DNA of 64,000 bases from Nannocystales bacterium. GTDB lineage: Bacteria > Myxococcota_A > Polyangia > Nannocystales > Nannocystaceae. Each line of letters opens with the position of its first letter. Position 1 is the stretch's first letter. Positions 36,611 through 46,140 of the stretch are shown here, piece after piece. Under the pieces are notes generated by a model that was not told the origin of the DNA, searched no databases, and saw only the letters and a program-made list of their open reading frames with translations. The translations under genes were made by a program, and so were the position numbers. The stretch is from NCBI GenBank assembly GCA_050633305.1, contig JBOEGF010000014.1, forward strand, positions 32,001 to 96,000. The letters are read 5' to 3'.

Positions 36611-39184
36611 CTACGGTGTGATGACCCTGAACTGTTCCCATGGCAGCTCGGGGTCATCTGCACGCAGACGAAGAAGGGCCTCTCGGAGTCGCGTCGGGCC
36701 ATCGAGGGCGACTGCGTTATGGACAGCGACACCGACATCCGCCGCGAAACGATCCGCGACCTCCGCGTCGGCCGCGATGACCCAATCGCTGCCAGAGAGT
36801 ACGAAGGCTCGCCCGATATTCATGCCGCCGCCGACGGTGTCCGGGCTGGGCGCAGCGGTCTCGCAGCCTGTCAGTACGACCCCGCGGGGCACGTCAGGAA
36901 GTGTGAAGACGTCGTGGATGCCAAAGCGCTCGTCGTTGGCGAGCAGCAGAGCGGAGTCCCACCCCGAGAGTCCCGAGCGGACGCCGTGTCCGGCGTAGTG
37001 GAGCAGGTCGACCGAGGCGGTGTGCTCGAAGAGGCTTGAGCGCGTCGCGTCCGAGCCTCGGAGGTCGATGACCGTCCAGTCTTCGGCCTCCAAAACGTGT
37101 CCGATGGCGTCCGCTTCGCTTCGGGCCATCGGCAGATCGTCGCGAGGGTCGGAGAGAATGAGCGCAGCGCGAGCTTCCGTGTCCAAGACGTCGCGTGGTG
37201 GCAGGTCGAGACTGTAGCTGACCGGGGCAAGGTCGAGGAGTGACTTTGCATGTCGCCAGGGCCTGAGATGCAGTGGCTCGGCCACCTCGGCACCTGTCTC
37301 GACGAGGGTGAGCCGAGAGGCTTCGGCCAGGGTCTGCAGCGATGACAAGTCGGTTCGTTGAGACACTTCGATCTCCGAATCGCTGAGTGCAAATACATCG
37401 GATCCGAACGCCACGAGGATGACCTCGCCCGGTGAGGGCGGTCGAAGCTCGGCACACGAGCGAGCGTTCGGCTCGAGACCTAGCCCCCGAATCGCGGCGT
37501 CGAGTGCTTCGCGGTTCCTTCGGGCCTCGGCTGCAAGCTTCGCCGCGGCCGAGACCTGTTTGTCTTCTGAGAGCTCCCAAAGGCTCGCCTCCCCGCGCGC
37601 AACAGCACGTCGGTCGTTCGCGATCTCGGCGACCGCTCGCTCCCAACGTGCCCGCTCGTCTCCTGTCGCAGCACCCAGTCGAGCTGTTCGGTCGAGCCGG
37701 GAAAACTCCCTTGCGCGTGCGAGGCGGATGGCGCATGCGGCTTCCCCAGGACGGCCCATACGCACAAGGGCCTGGACGAGACCCTCGAGGCTCGCGGAGC
37801 GGCCCGCCAGGTACAACTCGCCGCCTTTGTGGGTCCCAACCTGTTCGAATGCTGAACTTAGCTGGGCTTCGCTTGCTGAGTAGGCCTCCACGGCCAGTGC
37901 GTCAAAGCCCCACGCCGCGAGCAGGTTGCCGCGTTGCACGTTTTGGTTCCATGCCAGCTCGATGTCGGACGTCTGGCTTGGCTGTGCGAGCAGCGGAGGT
38001 TGGTTTGACACGTCTCCGCTCTCAAGTGCGGCCGCAGACTCGGCCAGCTCGATCCAACCCCGATGTCTCGCGGGAGTGATGTCGAGTTGTGCCAGCCATC
38101 CCTGCGCCTCCAGCGGTCGCCCGTATTCGAGTTCGGCCAAGGCGAGGTCGAGAAAGAGGGCGGCTTCCCGGCGTGGATGCGGACAGCTGCGAGCCCGCTC
38201 CAGGGCGGCAAGGAGAAGCGGGCGTGGGTCGTCGTGTTCGTGACCTGCGGCCGCGAGTACGAGCTGGCCCCATGCGAGGTTGTTGGCGACGCGGAGCCAC
38301 TGAGAGCAACCCGGGTCCTTGTCCGATTGTCCGGTCTCCAGCTTCCGCAGCAAGGCTCGAGCTTCCTCGGCTCGTCCGAGCTCCGCCAACGTGTTCGCAA
38401 GCATGTCGAGGACGTTGGGTTGACCGTAGTTGAGCCGCTCGGAGAGCACCCGCGCATTCTCGAATCCTGCGATCGCGGTGCCGAGGTCTCCTGCACGCCG
38501 TGCGAGTAGGGCGTTGTAGTACTGCCATCGAGCTTCAGCGTACGGGTTTGTCTCAGTCAAGGGCTCGAGGGCGCCGAGAGCGTCCCGCGCTCGTCGGTGA
38601 TCGTGCGTGAACTCGGTGTGGGTGTACGCGCGCGAAGCCAGAGCCGAGATCTGGTGACGTACCGCGTTCAACTCGCGGGCGAGCTCCAGTTCGGCGTCCC
38701 CGTAGCGTAGTCCGGCCGGTTTTCCTCCCGACCCGCGCCGGAGTAGTTCGAGGGCACGAAGCTTTGCCCAGCCCGAGTTCTCGTTTGCGAACGCTTCGAG
38801 CGCCTTGGGGGAGATACCATCGATGGGAGGTCGAGCCCTCCACTCAAACGCCAGCGTGACCTCAGGGCTCCAGCGTCGGCCGGGGGTTTCGACCTGGACG
38901 GACTTGGCACCTTCGGGAATCGCAACACGGAGCCGTACGCCGCCTTCGATCACGCGTCCGGTCGCTGGGACCGCCACTCCATCGACGCGGACGAGCAGCG
39001 GCGTGGTTGGCTGTACGTCGAGCCAGATGCTGAGCCGGGGTGAGCTTTCTAGGATGCACGTCGCGGGCGCAAACTCCACGCATCCTCCGTAGACGACCTC
39101 CGGCGCAGGGTCGACTCGAGGTTCCTCGCTCGCTTCACATCCACCGGCCAGCAGTGCGGCCGCCATCCATCGAGTCCAGCTCAA
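36611..39184 (-). CDS. CHAT-domain (caspase-like) protein with TPR-like region
   Basis: LHYAGHG and VVLTGCET catalytic His/Cys, DLPMARSEA; TTG start overlapping upstream stop; LLAGGC lipobox-like. Confidence 0.85.
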   Translation of the reverse strand: MSWTRWMAAALLAGGCEASEEPRVDPAPEVVYGGCVEFAPATCILESSPRLSIWLDVQPTTPLLVRVDGVAVPATGRVIEGGVRLRVAIPEGAKSVQVETPGRRWSPEVTLAFEWRARPPIDGISPKALEAFANENSGWAKLRALELLRRGSGGKPAGLRYGDAELELARELNAVRHQISALASRAYTHTEFTHDHRRARDALGALEPLTETNPYAEARWQYYNALLARRAGDLGTAIAGFENARVLSERLNYGQPNVLDMLANTLAELGRAEEARALLRKLETGQSDKDPGCSQWLRVANNLAWGQLVLAAAGHEHDDPRPLLLAALERARSCPHPRREAALFLDLALAELEYGRPLEAQGWLAQLDITPARHRGWIELAESAAALESGDVSNQPPLLAQPSQTSDIELAWNQNVQRGNLLAAWGFDALAVEAYSASEAQLSSAFEQVGTHKGGELYLAGRSASLEGLVQALVRMGRPGEAACAIRLARAREFSRLDRTARLGAATGDERARWERAVAEIANDRRAVARGEASLWELSEDKQVSAAAKLAAEARRNREALDAAIRGLGLEPNARSCAELRPPSPGEVILVAFGSDVFALSDSEIEVSQRTDLSSLQTLAEASRLTLVETGAEVAEPLHLRPWRHAKSLLDLAPVSYSLDLPPRDVLDTEARAALILSDPRDDLPMARSEADAIGHVLEAEDWTVIDLRGSDATRSSLFEHTASVDLLHYAGHGVRSGLSGWDSALLLANDERFGIHDVFTLPDVPRGVVLTGCETAAPSPDTVGGGMNIGRAFVLSGSDWVIAADAEVADRFAADVGVAVHNAVALDGPTRLREALLRLRADDPELPWEQFRVITP

Positions 39185-39879
39185 GAGGGGAGGATGATGA
39201 CCTCGATCGGCAGCCGCTGCCAGTGACTGTCTCGAACCTCGTCGGGCGATGACGGGGCTTCGGAAGCGTGGGAGAAGACGACCTCGACGGTCCACTGACC
39301 GGGGGGGAGATCGATGAAGCCGTCGAGTGGACCGCGGAGGCGGGCAGAGCCCGAAGCCTTCAGGTTCGCATCCACCGCTTTCGCGAACACAACCTGGCCG
39401 TCCTTGGAGGTTGCGAGCAGACTGACCGCGACGGACTGCTCCACCGAAGATGCTGCCGAGAACTTCCAGTCGATGTTGTCGTCGGGGCCACGCAACTCTA
39501 GCTGACTCGCCACGGCGTCGTGGTCTCCACGTATTGCCGCAGGACCCCCTGCAATCTCGATCGCGTTGTAGGTCGGCAATGCGTCGACGACGGGTGCGCG
39601 GACTGCGAACCAGAGCACAAGCGCGGCGGCAGCCGCCAAGGCCACGGCGGCTGCGACCCACACCGTCGAGCGGCGTTGCGGCAGCTCGGTGACGTTCGGC
39701 GGTTGTGCGGCGATCGACGGCGCCGCGGCAATTGCTGCCTTCGCATCCAGCTCGGCAAACATGTCGTCCAACAACGCGTCCCCGGCTTCACCGTCGAAGT
39801 CGTCGAGCGGGATCGGGGGGTCCTTCGCGTCCGTCTCTCGCTGATGTTGGGCGAGTGCTTCGAGGAGCTCGTCAGCCAT
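39181..39879 (-). CDS. Putative single-pass anti-sigma factor
   Basis: One TM helix (VWVAAAVALAAAAALVLWF) and an extracytoplasmic domain; coupled to the ECF sigma gene. Confidence 0.65.
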   Translation of the reverse strand: MADELLEALAQHQRETDAKDPPIPLDDFDGEAGDALLDDMFAELDAKAAIAAAPSIAAQPPNVTELPQRRSTVWVAAAVALAAAAALVLWFAVRAPVVDALPTYNAIEIAGGPAAIRGDHDAVASQLELRGPDDNIDWKFSAASSVEQSVAVSLLATSKDGQVVFAKAVDANLKASGSARLRGPLDGFIDLPPGQWTVEVVFSHASEAPSSPDEVRDSHWQRLPIEVIILPS

Positions 39880-40516
39880 GCGTTGCACCCCCACAGGCGG
39901 CGGTCTCAGCTGGCCTTGCATCCGCGCACAGGGCGGTGGCTCGGGCCAGTTTCCGCATCCTATACGACCAAGCATTGACCGCCCCCCGCGTCATGTCCAT
40001 GTGCTCGGCAACCGCATCGGGGGACATCTCCTGGACGAAAAGCAGGTCGAACAGCTCGTGGTCGCGCTCGTTCATCTTGGCGTGCATCGCAGCGAGGACC
40101 TGATCGAGTTGGTTGCGCTGCTCGAGCCGCTTGGCAAGGTCCGCGTCGTCGGCAGTGTCGATATCGGCCGGATCGAGGGGGGCATCGGCCCAAGGATTGC
40201 CGCGCCCACCGCTGAGCATTCGCGGAATGCGCCGCCGGGCGATGAGTTGCACGAAGCTCTCGAGGCTGCGGCCGCGCTGCGGGTCCCACCGGCGGAGCTG
40301 ATTGCCATCGTTCTCGAACAAGCCCAACAGGATATCGTGGACGAGGTCCTTGACCTCTTGCCGGGGGTCCCGGCCCTCGGCGGCGGCAAGCCGGGAGACC
40401 GCGAACGATGCTTCGCGAGCGACGGCCTGCATGAGTCGCCGCCCAAGCTCCCGACGCGCCGCGGCGTCCCCCGCCAGAGCGCGGGCTACGAGCTCGACAT
40501 CGTCCAGATCGGACAC
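39872..40516 (-). CDS. ECF RNA polymerase sigma factor
   Basis: DVELVARALAGD, KDLVHDILLGLF, RWDPQRG, region 4 MSPDAVAEHMDMTRGAVNAWSYR. Confidence 0.85.
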   Translation of the reverse strand: MSDLDDVELVARALAGDAAARRELGRRLMQAVAREASFAVSRLAAAEGRDPRQEVKDLVHDILLGLFENDGNQLRRWDPQRGRSLESFVQLIARRRIPRMLSGGRGNPWADAPLDPADIDTADDADLAKRLEQRNQLDQVLAAMHAKMNERDHELFDLLFVQEMSPDAVAEHMDMTRGAVNAWSYRMRKLARATALCADARPAETAACGGATHG

Positions 40517-40698
40517 GCGCCGAGCGTAGCAGGATGTGTGGCCGGTGGTTGCCCAGGACCCTCATTCACGCCGAGCGGAACGCGAATGACGCAGCGTCTG
40601 ACAAATTGTCGAAACCGCACCCTCTGGGTCCGTGTCCCCGTCGCGAGGCCACCCCCACAGACAGATTTGGTCGGCGGTTGGCTCGGAAACCCGAGGCC

Positions 40699-41544
40699 TC
40701 ACCCGAACGGGATGGAGATCCCGAGCGCGGGACCAATACCCATCGTGCAGTTGCCGCGGACCGGCCCGCACGTGAACGTCTGGTTCCATTTTCTGGTGGG
40801 GACGCGCCCGTCGACCTCGACGCCAACGGTCAGCATGAATCGGCGACCCAACAACATGATGAGGCCACCACCGGCGGACCAACGGCCGTAGGTTCCCAAG
40901 CCTTTGTTGAAGGTATCCAGCCCGAAGCCACCCCAGAACAACGGAGAGAGGCGACGTCGCGGGAGCATGAGGAAGGTGGCCTGGGGCGTGAGCTGGAACT
41001 CGTAGTAGCTGCCCTGGGGATCCCACGAGAAGACGTTGACCAACTCCGCTCCCAACCCGATGTGGGGAATGACGAAGTAGGTCGCGGACGCTCCAATCGC
41101 GAACAGACTTCCGCCCGCGCCGATGACGGGCCCGGCCCAAAAACGCCCGTACAACGAGTCAGGCTTGCGTCTCCCCTCGGAGTCCCCCGGCGGCTGCAGT
41201 TCGGCGATCTCGGACTTGGGTTCAGTCGGCGTGAACTCAACCGCGGCGGGCTCGGGCTCGGGCTGACGCGGGGGAAGGACCGGGGCTGGACTCGCCTCGG
41301 TCGGCGACGGCTCGGCCGGGGCGGCCTCCGTTGGTGGCACCTCGCCCTCGGGCGAACCCTCGGGTGGACTCGCCTCGGCAGGCGGCGTCGCCTCAGCGGG
41401 TGGAGCGGCCTCGACAGGCGGGGTTGCCTCGGCGGGGGCGGGCGCGTCGGGGTCGTCCAGCTCCTCCCACTGCATGGCATCCGGATTGCTGGGGGCGGGT
41501 GGGGCGAGACCGACCCAGGCGGCAATGATGATCGCTGCAGACAT
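40699..41544 (-). CDS. Secreted protein with Pro/Ala/Glu linker and probable outer-membrane beta-barrel
   Basis: Signal peptide, EATPP repeats, alternating beta-strands, C-terminal GISIPFG. Confidence 0.7.
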   Translation of the reverse strand: MSAAIIIAAWVGLAPPAPSNPDAMQWEELDDPDAPAPAEATPPVEAAPPAEATPPAEASPPEGSPEGEVPPTEAAPAEPSPTEASPAPVLPPRQPEPEPAAVEFTPTEPKSEIAELQPPGDSEGRRKPDSLYGRFWAGPVIGAGGSLFAIGASATYFVIPHIGLGAELVNVFSWDPQGSYYEFQLTPQATFLMLPRRRLSPLFWGGFGLDTFNKGLGTYGRWSAGGGLIMLLGRRFMLTVGVEVDGRVPTRKWNQTFTCGPVRGNCTMGIGPALGISIPFG

Positions 41545-41637
41545 CTTCGAAGCTCCTGCTCGGCCCCTTCCTTGTAGCAGAACCGCACCAGCGCGACATC
41601 AGCGCGATGCGGCCCGGTGTGGGCTATCCTGGAAGAC

Positions 41638-43386
41638 GTGAGTCAGGCCGATGCCAAGATCGTGGAGCACGAAGAGGCGGCCCACGAGAAGCGCAACTGG
41701 GTTCGGCTGACGTACGACTGCAACGACCGCTGCATCTTCTGCCTCGACTCACACACGCACGATGGGACGAACCGCGACCGCGAAGAAGTTCGGGCGCAGA
41801 TCCTCGACGGGCGGCGCAAGGGCGCGCAGCGGCTGATCCTCTCGGGGGGAGAGCCGACGATCCACCCGGACTTCGTCAAGTTCGTGAAGCTCGGGGCCCT
41901 GGCCGGTTACCGCAAAGTGCAAACCGTCACGAACGGCCGGATGTTCGCGTACCCCGACTTCCTCAAGCGGAGCCTGGACGCTGGCCTCTCGGAGATCACG
42001 TTTTCGATCCACGGTCCCAACGCCCGGGTTCACGACGCGTTGGTCGGAACGAAGGGGGCATTCGAGCAAGAGGTCACGGGCCTGAAGCACGCGATGGCGG
42101 ATGGTCGGCCGATCATCAACATCGATGTCTGCGTGAACAAGGGCAACGTGAAGGTGCTGCCCGACATCCTGGAGACGTTCGTCGGCATGGGCGTCAAGGA
42201 GTACGACCTGCTCCACGTGATCCCGTTCGGACGCGCGTACACCGAGGGCAAGGAAACGCTCTTCTACGACCTTGAAGAGATGCGCCCGTTTCTCCTCGAG
42301 GCGTTCGAATATTCGAAGCGTCCGGACATCCACATCTGGCTCAACCGCTTTCCCGTTCCTCACCTCGAGGGCTACGAGTCGCTCATCCAGGACCCGTACA
42401 AGCTCGGTGATGAGGTGCGCGGTCGCAAGGAAGAGTATGCGCAGCTGCTCGAGCGAGGCATCCCGTTGGACTGCCGAGAGCCGGACCGGTGTCGCCACTG
42501 TTACCTCGAGCCGCTGTGCGACCGGCTCGATGAGGTTCGGGAAACGGTCGCGGAGCAGACCTACGCCCGGGTGCGTCTCGAGCCCGGGTTCGAGGCGTCG
42601 ATGCAGCCGGTCTACGGCGGAGACCCGGCGACCAAGAAGCGCACAGAGGAGCGCAGTCAGATCGCTCAGGAGGCGCAGGCGGGCAACGTTCAAGCTCGGC
42701 ATCGTCTTCAGGTGATCGGGGCGGGCAAGTCGGTGCAGTACCCCAGCGTGGCGCACCACGTTGCCGCGGCCAAGACGGTGTGGATCGTTGCACCGACGCT
42801 GGCGGACGCACAGCGGGCGCTGAAGGGGTTGGAGGTCGCGGCGGTGGAACTCGAACTTGCGGACCCCACCGGCATCGAGCCAACCCTCGATGGAGTTGCG
42901 GTGACCCGCGTGCTGGTCAAGACCACCGAGCACGCGCAAGCGCTGCTCGAGATGGAGGCGCCCTTCGAGGTTGCGATCACGTTGTCGAAGGCCACAGCAC
43001 CGTGGCTCCTGTCGCTGGATGCGGCGCCAGATCGCCTGTGCATCGTGCAACCCAGCCACGATCGGCTCACAACCGCGGCGTCCGAAGATGTTGAGCTGGA
43101 TGCCTTCTTCGAGGCGTTCGAGCTCCCCGTTCCGGTCGAGGGTGTTCCGGCCTGCATCAGCGCAGAGCGAGCCCGCGCGACACCATCCACCCTGGACGCA
43201 GCGATGATGACGCCGCAGGGCGAACTCGAGATCTTCCGTTTCGCAAGGCGGTACGTGCAGTCCGACTACCGGGTGAAATCGCTGCGCTGCAAGACATGCA
43301 AACACGTCGGGTCGTGCGAAGGGCTGCATGTCAACCACGTGCGGGCGTTCGGATTCGCAGCGTTGCAACCGGTGACCGACGGATGA
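41638..43386 (+). CDS. Radical SAM protein, HxsC-like, with large internal insertion
   Basis: WVRLTYDCNDRCIFC, LSGGEPTIH, TNGRMF, FSIHG, PFGRA, internal CREPDRCRHCYLEPLC, terminal CKTCKHVGSCEG...AFGFAALQP; GTG at 41638 has TATCCT 7 nt upstream. Confidence 0.88.
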   Translation: MSQADAKIVEHEEAAHEKRNWVRLTYDCNDRCIFCLDSHTHDGTNRDREEVRAQILDGRRKGAQRLILSGGEPTIHPDFVKFVKLGALAGYRKVQTVTNGRMFAYPDFLKRSLDAGLSEITFSIHGPNARVHDALVGTKGAFEQEVTGLKHAMADGRPIINIDVCVNKGNVKVLPDILETFVGMGVKEYDLLHVIPFGRAYTEGKETLFYDLEEMRPFLLEAFEYSKRPDIHIWLNRFPVPHLEGYESLIQDPYKLGDEVRGRKEEYAQLLERGIPLDCREPDRCRHCYLEPLCDRLDEVRETVAEQTYARVRLEPGFEASMQPVYGGDPATKKRTEERSQIAQEAQAGNVQARHRLQVIGAGKSVQYPSVAHHVAAAKTVWIVAPTLADAQRALKGLEVAAVELELADPTGIEPTLDGVAVTRVLVKTTEHAQALLEMEAPFEVAITLSKATAPWLLSLDAAPDRLCIVQPSHDRLTTAASEDVELDAFFEAFELPVPVEGVPACISAERARATPSTLDAAMMTPQGELEIFRFARRYVQSDYRVKSLRCKTCKHVGSCEGLHVNHVRAFGFAALQPVTDG

Positions 43387-44480
43387 AGTGGCCCGATGCC
43401 GAAGGGCTGGTGCTGGATGACCTCACGGTCCCGAGGCCCGGCTCGAGCACGTTGCGTGGCGTATGGTCCAGAGCGCTCCGTCGAACGGTCCTCGATTTGC
43501 TTTCGCTCGAGGCCCCGCCGACCTGCCGCACGTGGGGCGTGAGCCGGGCCGCCGTCGCAGGGTTGGCAAAGTCGAACCCCGGGGCGTTGTTCAGCGTGTT
43601 GCGTCAGCCCGGTGTTGGAACGCGGATCCGGTGCCTCCGAGATCCGTCGCGCGATGACATCGATCGCGTTGCCGTCTGTGAATCCCTGCAGGCGGTGCTG
43701 GCACACGAGTTGGGAGCGTCGTGGACGGGCCCGGTCGTTCTCGATGCCACGTTTACCTCGTGGCGCGAGCGAGGCGAGGTCCGCGGCGGTCGGGTGATGA
43801 CCCAAGACGAGCACGGCCTACTGTTCGCGCCATTGGGTGCAGGCGTGATGTTGTGCCGGGCGGACGACAGCCCGCTCGCCATGCACGAGGCGCACCCGGA
43901 CAAGGATGGCAACCGCACCTCGCTCGGGGGGCAAGCGCAGTCACAATGGGTCGAGAGCCTGCGAGCCGCACTGGAGCTGATCGGAGTCGGACTCCCGGAC
44001 TTACACGCAGAGATCGAGCTCGCCCTGCATCAGATCGTCCCGGTCGGCTACGAGGAGTCCCGCCATCTCTCCGCATCGTTTCAGGAAAACCTCGGCACGG
44101 CGTACATGACGCTGCACCCGCAGCGGATGACGATGGTCGAGGCGATCGTGCACGAGTTCTCCCACAACAAGCTCAACGCCCTGCTCGAAATCGATCCGGT
44201 GCTTCACAACGCTTTCGAGCCGCTGTTCTCATCTCCAGTACGGCCGGATCCGCGGCCACTGCACGGCGTCCTTCTTGCGGTACACGCGTTCACGGCGGTG
44301 GAGTCGCTGTATCGCTCACTTCGCCGCCAGGGCCACCGTGTCAGCGAGGGACAAGGTTTTGAGCAACGCCTGAGAACGATCGCGGAAGGGAATCGCGAGG
44401 GGCTCGAAACGCTCGAAAACGCCGAGCCGACAGCGGCGGGGAAGTCGTTGTTGTCCGAGCTTCGCCGCCTCGCGGTGTAG
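43383..44480 (+). CDS. HExxH-motif peptide-modification protein (aKG-HExxH type)
   Basis: HLSAS...GTAY, EAIVHEFSHNKLNAL, SPVRPDPRPLHGVLLAVHAF; ATGA overlap with the radical SAM gene. Confidence 0.85.
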   Translation: MKWPDAEGLVLDDLTVPRPGSSTLRGVWSRALRRTVLDLLSLEAPPTCRTWGVSRAAVAGLAKSNPGALFSVLRQPGVGTRIRCLRDPSRDDIDRVAVCESLQAVLAHELGASWTGPVVLDATFTSWRERGEVRGGRVMTQDEHGLLFAPLGAGVMLCRADDSPLAMHEAHPDKDGNRTSLGGQAQSQWVESLRAALELIGVGLPDLHAEIELALHQIVPVGYEESRHLSASFQENLGTAYMTLHPQRMTMVEAIVHEFSHNKLNALLEIDPVLHNAFEPLFSSPVRPDPRPLHGVLLAVHAFTAVESLYRSLRRQGHRVSEGQGFEQRLRTIAEGNREGLETLENAEPTAAGKSLLSELRRLAV

Positions 44481-44591
44481 CGTCCGGCGCCACCGGATAC
44501 GCGCGGAGTCGCCCAAAACCGGCTGGCAGAGCACCTTGCGGCTGTATGCCGGTTCAGGCATCACAAGGGGCGGGGTATTGGGTTTGTTGTT

Positions 44592-44618
44592 CGCGGAGGT
44601 CTACGCCGCGGCTTTTTT
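44592..44618 (+). terminator. Possible intrinsic terminator
   Basis: CGCGG-9 nt-CCGCG stem followed by GCTTTTTT; the stem is short. Confidence 0.35.
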
Positions 44619-44666
44619 CGTCGTGTTCACGCGCCCTGCCATCCTGTGTGCTCGAGGGCACCAGCC

Positions 44667-46118
44667 ATGCTTACTGCTAGTACTTCCGTTCTCATCGCTC
44701 TTGCTCTGACCCAGGCGGCCCCGGAAGGGGATGCTGATGCCTCGGGCAGCATCTCCCTTGGAGGCGGTGATGGCTCGGCGTCGGCCGAAGGGGGCGCGGA
44801 GGGGACGGAGGACCCGAACAAGCGCAAGGACCAGCGCTGGATCAAGCGTTGGGCGCCCGAGCGCAACATGGTCGAGCTCGGGGTGTTTGGCGGGCTGATG
44901 TTCCCACACCCTCGACTCGAGCTCTTCGAGCCGATCGAAGGAGCCCCCGATCAGGGGTTCAAGCCGCTAGCATCACTCTCACCCGAAGTCGGTGGCAGAC
45001 TCGGATACTACCCGGCGCGGTTCCTCGGTCTGGAGGCAGAGGGCGCCTGGTTACCCACAGAGACGGACGCGGGCGACGCGGTCAACCTCTGGGCGGTTCG
45101 TGGACACTTGGTGGCTCAGGTCGCGCGATGGAGCATCACGCCGTTTGCGTTGGCCGGGGTCTCCGGGCTGGCAGTGGCCAGTGGGAGTGACGCGGTGGGC
45201 AACGACGTCGATCTTGGCTTCCATTTCGGAGGCGGTCTCAAGTTCTTCTTCACGCGCCGCTTCATGATGCGGCTCGACGTTCGCGACACGATGACCGCGC
45301 GGCGGGGGTTGGGGCTGGGCGTGGTGCACTCGCCCGAGGTGCTGCTCGGCATTGGCTTGGCGCTCAACCGCAAGAAATCCCCGCCGCCACCCGATCTCGA
45401 TCGCGACGATGACGGCATCCTCGATGCCGACGACAAGTGTATCGACGTACCAGGGGTCGTCGAGTACGAGGGGTGCCCGGTGCCGGATACTGACGGCGAT
45501 GGCATCATGGATCCGGACGACAAGTGCGTCGACGTGCCGGGCGTACCCGAGTACGAGGGATGCCCGATCCCGGATACGGATGGGGACGGCATCATGGATC
45601 CGGACGACAAGTGTGTCGACGTGCCGGGCGTGCCCGAATACGACGGCTGTCCCATCCCCGACACCGATGGGGACGGCATCCTGGACCCGGACGACAAGTG
45701 CGTGGACGAGCCGGAGACGGTCAACCAGTACGAGGACGAGGACGGCTGTCCCGATATTGTGCCGGAGAAGGTCCAGCAGTTCACCGGGGTCATCGAAGGC
45801 ATCTTCTTCGACACCGCGAAGGCCTCGATCAAGAAGCGCTCCACGGCCAAGCTCGACAACGCGATTTCGGTCCTCAAAGAGTTCCCGAAGCTCCGGATCG
45901 AGATCAGCGGACACACCGACGACCGTGGCAACGACGATTACAACACGAAGCTGTCCGCCGACCGGGCGGAGTCTGTGAAGGAGTACATGGTCGCAGCAGG
46001 TATCGACGGAAGTCGGATCGAAACGCGTGGCGCCGGCGAACTCGAGCCACGCGAGAGCAACAAGTCCAAGACCGGGCGAGCCAAGAACCGCCGGATCGAG
46101 TTCAAGCTGCTCAAGTAG
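44667..46118 (+). CDS. OmpA family protein: beta-barrel + thrombospondin type 3 repeats + OmpA C-terminal domain
   Basis: Signal peptide, beta-barrel, DxDGDGIxDxDDKC repeats, GHTDDRG..YNTKLSADRA, KNRRIEF. Confidence 0.92.
   Translation: MLTASTSVLIALALTQAAPEGDADASGSISLGGGDGSASAEGGAEGTEDPNKRKDQRWIKRWAPERNMVELGVFGGLMFPHPRLELFEPIEGAPDQGFKPLASLSPEVGGRLGYYPARFLGLEAEGAWLPTETDAGDAVNLWAVRGHLVAQVARWSITPFALAGVSGLAVASGSDAVGNDVDLGFHFGGGLKFFFTRRFMMRLDVRDTMTARRGLGLGVVHSPEVLLGIGLALNRKKSPPPPDLDRDDDGILDADDKCIDVPGVVEYEGCPVPDTDGDGIMDPDDKCVDVPGVPEYEGCPIPDTDGDGIMDPDDKCVDVPGVPEYDGCPIPDTDGDGILDPDDKCVDEPETVNQYEDEDGCPDIVPEKVQQFTGVIEGIFFDTAKASIKKRSTAKLDNAISVLKEFPKLRIEISGHTDDRGNDDYNTKLSADRAESVKEYMVAAGIDGSRIETRGAGELEPRESNKSKTGRAKNRRIEFKLLK
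45400..45710 (+). repeat. 87-bp coding tandem repeat (TSP3 units)
   Basis: DDKCVDVPGVPEYEGCPIPDTDGDGIMDP (29 aa) about 3.5 times; GACAAGTG recurs at 87-nt spacing. Confidence 0.85.
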
Positions 46119-46140
46119 GCACACGTAGGGGGGATTGACG

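Noticed and set aside
45400..45710. Regularly spaced repeats resembling a CRISPR array
   Set aside because: In-frame 87-bp TSP3 coding repeats without unique spacers; no cas genes in the window.
44667..46118. Calling this gene traB
   Set aside because: Architecture fits, but there is no upstream traA (PA14-like/Cys-rich/MYXO-CTERM) gene and many paralogues share this layout.
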